This document shows positions 8,578 to 17,800 of a DNA stretch of 48,293 nt, piece by piece. Origin of the DNA: an uncultured Bacteroidales bacterium (GTDB lineage: Bacteria; Bacteroidota; Bacteroidia; Bacteroidales; UBA10428); the NCBI GenBank assembly GCA_964390385.1, contig CAYMJH010000003.1, positions 1 to 48,293 of the forward strand. Reading direction: 5' to 3'. The translations under genes and the position numbers were made by a program. Under the pieces are notes generated by a model. That model was not told the DNA's origin, searched no databases, and was given only the letters and a program-made list of their open reading frames with translations. Within the stretch, counting starts at the first letter, position 1, and every line of letters begins with the position of its first letter.

Positions 8578-8585
8578 TATTTGAA

Positions 8586-9638
8586 ATGAAGAAGTTATCT
8601 GTTATTTTACTAAGCATTGGAGTTATTTTGCTGTTTTCAGGATTGAAAGCCGGAAAAAGAGATTTTTCCCCGGTAATAAAAAAAACAGGAAAAATCGCAA
8701 AATGGGAAAAGCTCCGTTTCGGGGCATTTGTCCATTTTAATGACAATACCTGTTTGGTCAGTGAGTTTTCGAAAAATACCGATCCGTCAGTTTTCAATCC
8801 GGCCAATCTCGATTTCGATTCGATGATGGCCACTTTTCAGGAAGCAGGTGTGAAATATGCGGTCCTTACCACGCGCCACACTTCCGGATTTTGTTTGTGG
8901 GACAGCAAAGTAACCCAATTCGATGTGGCCAGTAGTCCATTTAAGAAAGATGTGGTAGCGCTTTTTGTGGAAGCCTGCCGCAAACACGACATCAAACCGT
9001 GTTTGTATTACTGTTTGTGGGGAAGCAAAGACTGGAATCCTGTAAACTGGAATCCAACTGTTAAAGCAGAATTGGAGAAAGCCACCCCGAAGCAGATTAT
9101 TCTGTCACAGTTGGAAGAACTAGCGGAAAACTACGGAGATATTTATGCCTTCTGGCTCGATATGCAGTGCTGGGCCGATACTGCGCTCAAACCACAGGAG
9201 TCTTATGATTTGCTGAAAAGCAAAAATCCAAAAACATTTGTTCATTTTAACCAGCACGTACAGGATGGCAGCACGATCAGGTATTTCCCGACCGATATTC
9301 TAAACGGGGAAGAACGAATTCCTCCTGTAACAGGGCATAATCCAATCCGGACCATCGACAGCATCAGTTATTATCTCCCTTTCGAATATGAAATCACCTC
9401 TCAGCGCTGCGATTCACTGACGTTGGGCAACGGGCTGATGAAAGGTTCCGTATGGTTTACTTTCCCGGTGAGTCAGTTTTATCCGGTCGATAGCCTTTAC
9501 CATTACATCAGGCAGAGTTTTGACCGTGGCGGCAGCAACATTTTGCTTTCGACAGCACCCGATAAAACCGGTACATACCGTCAGTCCGACCGCGACAGCA
9601 TTATTAAGTTGGGGAATTTGATTTGGCAAAAAAAGTAG
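8586..9638 (+). CDS. GH29-like alpha-L-fucosidase, short and divergent (catalytic barrel only)
   Basis: It has a signal peptide. KWEKLRFGAFVHFNDN and VKYAVLTTRHTSGFCLWDSKVTQFDV resemble GH29 motifs. At 350 aa it lacks the usual C-terminal beta-sandwich. Confidence 0.7.
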   Translation: MKKLSVILLSIGVILLFSGLKAGKRDFSPVIKKTGKIAKWEKLRFGAFVHFNDNTCLVSEFSKNTDPSVFNPANLDFDSMMATFQEAGVKYAVLTTRHTSGFCLWDSKVTQFDVASSPFKKDVVALFVEACRKHDIKPCLYYCLWGSKDWNPVNWNPTVKAELEKATPKQIILSQLEELAENYGDIYAFWLDMQCWADTALKPQESYDLLKSKNPKTFVHFNQHVQDGSTIRYFPTDILNGEERIPPVTGHNPIRTIDSISYYLPFEYEITSQRCDSLTLGNGLMKGSVWFTFPVSQFYPVDSLYHYIRQSFDRGGSNILLSTAPDKTGTYRQSDRDSIIKLGNLIWQKK

Positions 9639-9974
9639 TTTTACAGCTTAAGGATTTAAACTGATTTTGCATCCCACCTGTCTGGTGGTAAAACAGGGTT
9701 TCAGTCCTGTTATTCAAGGATTTAACGATTAGTGCCATTTTCTGAAAAATCAATTCCCTAAAATCGAAATGGTAATTGCCGAAGTTCGCCGTTTTTTTTT
9801 AATCCTCAGGAGCTGGATATTTGGTCCACAAATAATTTCTTACAACTGACTGATATGATGAGAATTTGAATAACCCTTAATTTCAGTTTTTCGATCAGCC
9901 AGAGTAAACACATTCACAATCAAATTGTCTATTTTTTAATCTGATTGTTCATTTTCAGAATGTTTCTTTATTCA

Positions 9975-9982
9975 TAGTTTTG
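9975..9982 (+). promoter_or_regulatory. Bacteroidota -7 promoter box (TAGTTTTG matches TAnnTTTG)
   Basis: An exact TAnnTTTG match lies 24 nt upstream of the ATG at 10006, within a 367-bp AT-rich intergenic region. Confidence 0.35.
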
Positions 9983-10005
9983 CATTGTATTGAACTAAAC
10001 AGATT

Positions 10006-11391
10006 ATGACAAATCATTCGAACTTCAACAAATCTTTTATTTTAGGAATTACGCTGGTATCGGCCATGGGAGGTTTACTTTTCGGTTACGACTGGGTGGT
10101 AATCGGCGGTGCAAAACCTTTCTACGAGCGTTTCTTCGATATTACCGGTTCTCCGCACCTGCAAGGCTGGGCAATGAGTAGCGCTTTAATAGGCTGTTTG
10201 TTCGGTGCAATGGGCTCTGGCTTTTTCACCGAACGTTTCGGCCGTAAAATTCCGTTAATCGCTGCGGCAACTTTGTTTACCGTTGCTGCTGCCGGAACCG
10301 GGCTTGCAAACAGCTTCACCGTTTTTGTGATTTACCGTTTGATTGGCGGATTGGGAATCGGGCTGGCATCAGCCATTTCGCCCATGTATATTGCCGAAAT
10401 TTCGCCGGCATACATGCGGGGCCGGTTGGTTTCAATCAACCAGCTCACCATCGTTTTGGGTATTCTTGCAGCCCAGATTACCAATTATCTGATTGCTGAT
10501 AAAGTTCCGGAAGGCGCTACCGACGAGTTTATTCTTCAGTCGTGGAATGGCCAGACCGGATGGCGCTGGATGTTTTGGGCTGGCGGCGTCCCTGCAGTAT
10601 TGTTTTTTATTTTATCGTTTTTTATTCCGGAAAGTCCTCGATTTTTGGGCAAAACCGGAAAATGGGACAATGCCGAACGTATTCTGACAAAAATCGGTGG
10701 TAAAGGTTATGCTGCTGAGGAGAAAAAGGCCATTCACGATAGTCTTGTCCACTCCGGCGAACGTGTGGATTGGAAAAACCTGTTTGCCAAAGAGGTGAAG
10801 CCGGTTTTGTTAATCGGTGTGTTTCTCGCCGTTTTTCAGCAGTGGTGTGGTATTAATGTGATTTTTAATTATGCCGAAGAAATTTTTACAGCCGCCGGTT
10901 TTTCGGTTACCGATATGCTTTTTAATGTGGTAATTACCGGCGCTGTAAACCTCGTTTTTACCTTGCTTGCCATGCGCCTGGTGGATAATTGGGGTCGCCG
11001 GAAACTGATGTTACTTGGCGCTTCGGGACTGGCCATCATTTATGTTTTTCTGGGAGCCAGCTATTTCTTTGAATGGAAAGGTTTGGTTGTGCTTGTGTTG
11101 GTAATGACATCCATCGCTGCCTACGCCATGACTTTAGCGCCAATTACCTGGGTGGTTTTATCCGAAATTTTTCCAAACCGCATTCGTGGCGCGGCCATGG
11201 CTGTTGCAACCACCGCTTTGTGGATTGCCTGTTTTATTCTGACCTACACCTTCCCGATATTGAACAACCTGCTCGATGCCAGCGGAACTTTCTGGCTTTA
11301 CGCGTTTATCTGCCTTGCTGGTTTTCTTTTCATTCTGAAAAAGCTGCCTGAAACCAAAGGCAAAACATTGGAAGAAATTGAAAATATGTAA
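10006..11391 (+). CDS. MFS sugar porter (sugar:H+ symporter, XylE/GalP-like)
   Basis: A 461-aa, 12-TM-like protein with sugar-porter signatures: GYDWVVIGGA, PESPRFL, GRRKLMLLG and PETKGKTLEEIE. Confidence 0.9.
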   Translation: MTNHSNFNKSFILGITLVSAMGGLLFGYDWVVIGGAKPFYERFFDITGSPHLQGWAMSSALIGCLFGAMGSGFFTERFGRKIPLIAAATLFTVAAAGTGLANSFTVFVIYRLIGGLGIGLASAISPMYIAEISPAYMRGRLVSINQLTIVLGILAAQITNYLIADKVPEGATDEFILQSWNGQTGWRWMFWAGGVPAVLFFILSFFIPESPRFLGKTGKWDNAERILTKIGGKGYAAEEKKAIHDSLVHSGERVDWKNLFAKEVKPVLLIGVFLAVFQQWCGINVIFNYAEEIFTAAGFSVTDMLFNVVITGAVNLVFTLLAMRLVDNWGRRKLMLLGASGLAIIYVFLGASYFFEWKGLVVLVLVMTSIAAYAMTLAPITWVVLSEIFPNRIRGAAMAVATTALWIACFILTYTFPILNNLLDASGTFWLYAFICLAGFLFILKKLPETKGKTLEEIENM

Positions 11392-11408
11392 CTACTAATT
11401 CAAAAGTC

Positions 11409-14400
11409 ATGAACGTAAAAGCCTGGACAGAAACAGTTACCATACCAACTTACGGAATTGGTCAACCCGAAAAAAATCCGATGTTTCTTGAAAAAAGGGT
11501 TTACCAGGGCAGCAGCGGTGTTGTTTATCCGCATCCTGTAATCGAAAAAATTCTGGATGAAAAAACCGATAAGGAATACAACGCTGTTTTTATGGAAAAC
11601 GATTACCTGAAAATCATGCTGTTACCCGAGTTGGGTGGCCGTGTGCAAATGGCATACGATAAATCGAAACAACGCCATTTTGTGTATTACAACCAGGTGA
11701 TAAAACCGGCGCTGGTAGGTTTAACCGGTCCCTGGATATCGGGTGGAATTGAGTTTAACTGGCCACAACATCACCGCCCCTCCACTTTTGAACCTACCGA
11801 TTATTATATTGAAAACAACTCCGATGGCAGTATTACGGTTTGGTGCAACGAATTGGAGCGCATGTTTCGTACCCGCGGCATGGCGGGTTTTACGCTGCAT
11901 CCCGACAAAGCTTATCTCGAAATCAAGGTGAAACTGTACAACCGTACCAATTTCCCGCAAACCTTTTTATGGTGGGCAAACCCGGCAGTAAAAGTAAACG
12001 ACGATTATCAATCGGTTTTTCCGCCCGATGTTTACGCAGTTTTCGATCATGGCAAGCGCGATGTTTCGGAATTTCCTATTGCAAAAGGAACTTACTACAA
12101 AGTTGATTACTCACCCGGAATCGACATTTCGCGATATAAAAATATTCCGGTACCCACTTCCTACATGGCCATTAACTCCGGTTTCGATTTTGTTGGCGGA
12201 TATGAAAACGACTCGAAAGGTGGTGTTATTCATGTGGCCAACCACCATGTTTCGCCCGGCAAAAAGCAATGGACCTGGGGGCATGGTGATTTTGGCATTG
12301 CGTGGGACCGCAACCTCACCGACGAAGATGGCCCGTACATTGAACTGATGTGTGGTGTTTACACCGATAATCAGCCCGATTTTTCGTGGTTAATGCCAAA
12401 CGAGGAAAAAACGTTTACGCAGTATTTTATACCATACCGCGATTTGGGCGTGGTGAAATGTGCCACCAAAGAAGCATTGATAAACCTCGAAACAGAAAAT
12501 GATGTTGTTGAAATAAAAGCATTTACAACTTCGGTCTATAAAAATGCAAAAGTTATTTTGTCATGTAACGGCGAGGTTTTGATGAGCGAAACTTTCGATT
12601 TTAATCCTGCATCTTCTATTCAGAAAAAAGTACAACTTCCCGACGGAGCGGCAGCAACCGACCTGGTTGCAGTTGTTAAAACTGCCGATGGAATTACCCT
12701 CGTTGAGTATCAGACGGGGCAAAATCAGGAAAACGAAATTCCCGAACCGGCAAAAGCAGCTAAAAAACCTGAGGATACGGAGAGCAACGAGCAACTGTAT
12801 TTAACCGGTTTGCACCTCGAACAATACCGGCATGCAACTTACGACCCCCGGCCTTATTACGATGAAGCCATCAGACGCGAACCCAAAGATTACCGTTGTA
12901 ATAATGCGCTGGGATTGTGGTATTTGCGACGCGGGCAATTTGCAAAAGCAGAAGGGTATTTAAGAACCGCAGTGAAAACCATTACTGAAAGAAACCCCAA
13001 TCCCATTGACGGGGAACCGCTCTACAATCTTGGTATTTCGCTCGCTTTTCAGGGTAAAAATGATGAGGCGTACAATTATTTTTACAAATCGGTTTGGAAT
13101 GCAGCGTGGATGGACAGCGGCTATTTTCAGGTGGCACGAATTGACGCAATGAATGGCCGCTGGAATGAAGCGCTCGATGCCATCGACCGGTCATTGTTAC
13201 GCAACTGGCACAATCACAAAGCCCGGCAACTAAAAACAAGCATTCTCCGGTATTCGGGCAAAACTGCTGAAGCACTGGCTTTGTGCGACGATTCATTAGT
13301 TGTCGACAGGTTTAATTTCAGTCTGAATTTCGAAAAATACAAACTTACCGGCGACAATAAACATCTCGACGAGTTGCAGTTGCTGATTCGTGGCAACATA
13401 CATAATTACATTGAATTTGCCCTCGATTATGCCTGGGCTGGTTTGTATCCCGATGCAGTTGAACTCATTTCGTTTGGGATTGAAGTACAAAATCCTGAAA
13501 GTATTTATCCGATGGCCATGTATTACAAAGCCTGGTTCGAAATGAAGGCAGGAATGCCGGATGAATCTATTACATCGTTGAAACTTGCAGCCTCGGTTTC
13601 ACCAGATTACTGTTTTCCGAACCAGCCCGAATCGGTTGTTGTACTTGACTGGGCAGTCCGTGAAAATCCTTTAGATTATAAGGCATTATATTATTTGGGC
13701 AATTTCTGGTATGCCTTCAAAAACTATTCTGCAGCCATTTCGTGCTGGGAAAAATCCGTGGCGCTGAACGGGAGTTTTCCTACATCTCATCGAAACCTGG
13801 CGCTTGCCTGTTTTAATAAACTTCACGACCACGAACGGGCATTGGAATTACTTGAAAAGGCATTCATTCTTGATCCCACCGATGCCCGTATCTTAATGGA
13901 ACTCGACCAGCTTTACAAGCGACTGAACAAAAAACCGGCAATGCGGCTTGCCAACCTGCAGAAATATCCCGGGCTGGTGAACGACCGCGACGATTTATAC
14001 CTCGAACTGGTTTCACTCTTTAATGTCCTTGGAGAGTACGAAGAAGCGTTCGACCTGATTATGTCGCGCAAATTTCATCCCTGGGAAGGCGGAGAAGGAA
14101 AAGTTACCAACCAATATGTTTTCAGTCTGGTCGAAATGGCAAAAAAAGCCCTTCAGCAAAATCAATTTAACCTTGCCATTGAACTTCTGCATAAAGCCCG
14201 CAAATTCCCTGAAAACCTTGGTGAAGGAAAACTATACGGAGCAAAAGAAAACGAATTGTTTTACTGGTTGGGGGTGGCTTACAACGGACTTGGCGATAAT
14301 GAAAATGCACTGGTGTCATGGAAAGAGGCAACGGTTGGATTAAACAAAGTATCGGCAGCCGTTTTTTACAACGACCAGCAACCCGAAATTACTTTTTACC

Positions 14401-14714
14401 AGGGTTTGGCATTGCGCAAACTCGGTATGGAAAAGGAAGCTGTGGAATGTTTTGGGAAACTGGTCGATTTTGGTGAAGCCCACCTGAATGACCATGTGGA
14501 AATCGACTATTTTGCTGTTTCTCTTCCCGATCTGCTCATTTGGGAGGACGATTTGGATAATCGGAATAACCAGCTTTGCAAATACCTCATTGGGTTGGGT
14601 GAGATGGGATTGGGAAACAGAACCAAAAGCCAGAAACTTTTACAGGAAACATTGGATGAAGATTTGGTAAACGCCAGTGTTTTAAAACATTTGCATTTAG
14701 TAAGAATTTTATAG
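11409..14714 (+). CDS. DUF5107 domain protein with C-terminal TPR repeats (cytoplasmic, function unknown)
   Basis: An 1101-aa ORF with no signal peptide. The N-terminus TIPTYGIGQPEKNPMFLEKRVYQGSSGVVYPHPV is the DUF5107 pattern as I recall it. The C-terminal half carries TPR-like repeats (YNLGISLAFQGKNDEAYNYF, HRNLALACFNKLHDHERALELLEKAFILDP). It starts 17 nt after the MFS gene. Confidence 0.75.
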   Translation: MNVKAWTETVTIPTYGIGQPEKNPMFLEKRVYQGSSGVVYPHPVIEKILDEKTDKEYNAVFMENDYLKIMLLPELGGRVQMAYDKSKQRHFVYYNQVIKPALVGLTGPWISGGIEFNWPQHHRPSTFEPTDYYIENNSDGSITVWCNELERMFRTRGMAGFTLHPDKAYLEIKVKLYNRTNFPQTFLWWANPAVKVNDDYQSVFPPDVYAVFDHGKRDVSEFPIAKGTYYKVDYSPGIDISRYKNIPVPTSYMAINSGFDFVGGYENDSKGGVIHVANHHVSPGKKQWTWGHGDFGIAWDRNLTDEDGPYIELMCGVYTDNQPDFSWLMPNEEKTFTQYFIPYRDLGVVKCATKEALINLETENDVVEIKAFTTSVYKNAKVILSCNGEVLMSETFDFNPASSIQKKVQLPDGAAATDLVAVVKTADGITLVEYQTGQNQENEIPEPAKAAKKPEDTESNEQLYLTGLHLEQYRHATYDPRPYYDEAIRREPKDYRCNNALGLWYLRRGQFAKAEGYLRTAVKTITERNPNPIDGEPLYNLGISLAFQGKNDEAYNYFYKSVWNAAWMDSGYFQVARIDAMNGRWNEALDAIDRSLLRNWHNHKARQLKTSILRYSGKTAEALALCDDSLVVDRFNFSLNFEKYKLTGDNKHLDELQLLIRGNIHNYIEFALDYAWAGLYPDAVELISFGIEVQNPESIYPMAMYYKAWFEMKAGMPDESITSLKLAASVSPDYCFPNQPESVVVLDWAVRENPLDYKALYYLGNFWYAFKNYSAAISCWEKSVALNGSFPTSHRNLALACFNKLHDHERALELLEKAFILDPTDARILMELDQLYKRLNKKPAMRLANLQKYPGLVNDRDDLYLELVSLFNVLGEYEEAFDLIMSRKFHPWEGGEGKVTNQYVFSLVEMAKKALQQNQFNLAIELLHKARKFPENLGEGKLYGAKENELFYWLGVAYNGLGDNENALVSWKEATVGLNKVSAAVFYNDQQPEITFYQGLALRKLGMEKEAVECFGKLVDFGEAHLNDHVEIDYFAVSLPDLLIWEDDLDNRNNQLCKYLIGLGEMGLGNRTKSQKLLQETLDEDLVNASVLKHLHLVRIL

Positions 14715-14734
14715 ATGAGTTAAATAATAAACGA

Positions 14735-14764
14735 AAGCCGGAAAGAAATTTTCTGCTCCGGCTT
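14735..14764. terminator. Bidirectional hairpin terminator between convergent genes
   Basis: AAGCCGGA (14735-14742) pairs with TCCGGCTT (14757-14764), and inner AGAA/TTCT pairing is possible. TGTTTTT follows on the + strand and T-rich sequence follows on the - strand. It lies between the DUF5107 stop and the HTCS stop. Confidence 0.6.
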
Positions 14765-14819
14765 ATGTTTTTATCGACGGCCGGTTTTAATGTATCAATT
14801 GGTAATATTTATTATTGGA

Positions 14820-17800
14820 TTACATTTTATTCTGCTGATGTTTTATTTGATATTCAGTTGGTGAAACCCCAAATTGTTGTTTAAAGCATTTTGTAAAATG
14901 CGAAGGATTTGAAAATCCGACTTCGAATAGAATTTCAGAGATGGTGTTGTCGCAGTTTTCCAGCATCTGGGCTGCTCTTTTAAGCCTGATCGTCCTCATA
15001 AACTGAGTGGCGCTCATGTTTGTAAGATTTTTTATTTTTCGATAGAAATTGTCGTGGCTAATTCCCATCGAATGACAAAGTTCTTCGATGGAATATTCAT
15101 GATTTGAAATATTTTGCTCAATAAATGCGATGGTTTTCCCGATAAATTTTTCATCAAGCGATGTGGGTGAAATTTTTGACGGCTCAAGGTTTAGCGCATT
15201 AACTTCCTTTTTTAAATTCTCCCGTTGTTCAATTAAATTTTTAACTCTTGTTTGAACAAGCTTAATGCTAAATGGCTTGGTAATATAATCATCGGCGCCT
15301 TTTTCATAGCCCTCTATTTTAGTTTCGGTAGCCGCTTTTGCAGTAAGCAGTATTACTGGAATATGCGATGTTTTTAAATCTGATTTTATTTTTTCGCAAA
15401 ATTCAAGTCCATCCATCTCCGGCATCATTATGTCGCAAATAATGAGCGAAACATCATTTTTTTGTGTAAATGCCAATCCATCAGGCGCGTTGTTGAAATC
15501 ATAAATATTAAAGTTTTTTGAAAAACTATTTTTCAAATACAACCTAATATCTTCATTATCATCAATAATAAGAAGTGTGGATTTATGTTTAACTGATGAT
15601 GGAACGATGTCGTTTATATTTTCAGGTGTTTCAAATTCAGTCAATTCCTGAATTTCAGAATAAAGTTCATCAATTTTGAAGTGCTCATTTCCCTTTTTAA
15701 ATTCAACGGTAAATTCGCTTCCTTTTCCAGGAGCACTTACAACATGGATAGTTCCCTGATGCTCTTCAACCATTTTTTTCACCAGGAAAAGTCCAATTCC
15801 GGAACCACCTTTTACTTTATTTTTGTTTGACTGAAAGAATCTGTCGAAAATATAGGGTAAATCTTTTGGCGAAATGCCTGTTTCATTATCTTTTATTTTT
15901 ACGAAAACCGAATTGTCATTTGATTCGATAGATACTTGCACATCGCTATTAACCGGAGAAAATTTTATCGCATTGGATAGCAGATTAAAGATAATTTTCC
16001 TAAGCATATCAAAATCAGCCCAAAGTTCAATATTTTGGTTTTTAATAATAAACTGTATTGAAATATTTTTCTGTCTGGCTTGCTCTTCAAACTGTTCTAT
16101 TACCTGAAGCATAAATTCGTTTAACTTTATTCTGGTAACTTTTAATACCGATTTTCCCTTTTCAATCTTTCTGAAATCAAGAATCTCGTTTATAAGTTCA
16201 TAAAGTATTCGTGCATTCTTTTGTATTAATTTTAGCTGATGATATATTTGAGATTTAGGTTCTTCTTTTTCAAGAATATCTTCCAGCGGCCCAAGAATAA
16301 GGGTTAACGGAGTTCGTATTTCGTGGGATATGTTGGTGAAAAAAGTTAATTTTAATTCATTAAGTTCGTCGTTTTGTTCTTTTTTTATTCTTTCAATTTT
16401 AAGGTCATGGATTATTCTGATGCGTTCTCTGATAAATTTTAAAATTAAATACCCTAAGAGCACCGTTACAATTAAATATCCAAAATAAGCCCAATTTGTT
16501 CTCCACCATGGTGGAAGTATAATTATAGTTAGCTTTCTTACAATTGGGTTCCATACATTGTCAGCGTTTGCCGTTTTTACTTTCAACATATACTCTCCGG
16601 GCGACAGGTTTGAGTAATTTGCTGACATAGCTGATCCGATTTGCTGGTTCCATGATTTCTCAAAATTTTCAAGTTGGTAGTAAATCAGATTTTTATCTTG
16701 GGAATTAAACGATAAAGCAGTAATGTTAATTGAAAAAATATTATGAGTGAAGGGTAAAATAAGGGTGTCAATATAATTAATCGCTTTATTCAGAAATAGT
16801 CTTCCTTTTATTTGGTCGCCGGGATTTACAGGTTTGTTAAATATTTTCAGTTCAGAATAAATGATTTGCGGATAAAACGGATCATCTTTTAGCTCAGAGG
16901 GAGTAAATGAAAACACCCCTTTATTCGAACCGGCAATAATTTGATTAGTTGATTTATCAAAATTGATTGTATAAAAACATGTTTCATTCAGAAAGTCTCG
17001 TGCAATGCCGGATTTGATATTGTACATGGTTAGTCCGTTATAATGAGCAATCCAAATGTTCCCCAGGTTATCTTCTGTAATCGAAACGCCAATCCTGTTT
17101 TTTACTTGAGATACAATAATGCTTGAGTCACTCTGTGTATCATAAAGAACAATACTCCCATTCTCCAGACCTATCCATAAATTTTGTTTCGAATCCAAAT
17201 AAATACTCCTGATATGGGTCAGTTCGTCCTGTTTATTTTTAATTATACTTATGGGGATTACTTCAAGTATGTTCCCGTTGTTATCGGTAATAACCTTGAA
17301 TAAACCTGCAATAAAGCTGCCTACCCATAATGTATTGTTTTTATCGGGTATAATCGAACGGATTTCTGCATCTGAAATCGCATTGCTTTTCGAATACTCC
17401 TTGAATTCGCTAAAATATTTAATGGCTTGTTTATTGTCGTTTAAGTTTATACTGAAAAGCCCATGAGTTACGCTTCCTATCCAGACTATACCGTGTTCAT
17501 CTTTCGTAATTGTCAGTATTCTGTCATTGTTAAACAGCGATTTATCCAACTCCGTTTTGAAGATGGGTTTTCTCTCCGGTATTGAGTAAACTTTCAATCC
17601 ATTTCCCCATGTGCCTTCCCAAAGAAGGTTTTTTGTTTTATCGAAATAAAGACTGGAAACCGAGTTTTCTGTTTTGCGCATAATTTCTTCACTAAAAATC
17701 GATTTATCTTTTTCGAATAAACAAATGCCGCTGCCATTTGTCCCCAACCAATATTTTCCAGGCTCCTGTTTGGTGATGCACCATACCATATTGGCCGATA

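Noticed and set aside
9674-9711. Two small hairpins, CCACC-n5-GGTGG and AACAGG-n8-CCTGTT, after the short GH29 gene, plus a 9-T run at 9792-9800. Considered as terminators.
   Set aside because: The stems are short (5-6 bp) and are not directly followed by the T-run, which has no preceding hairpin. This is plausible but not supportable as a defined terminator.
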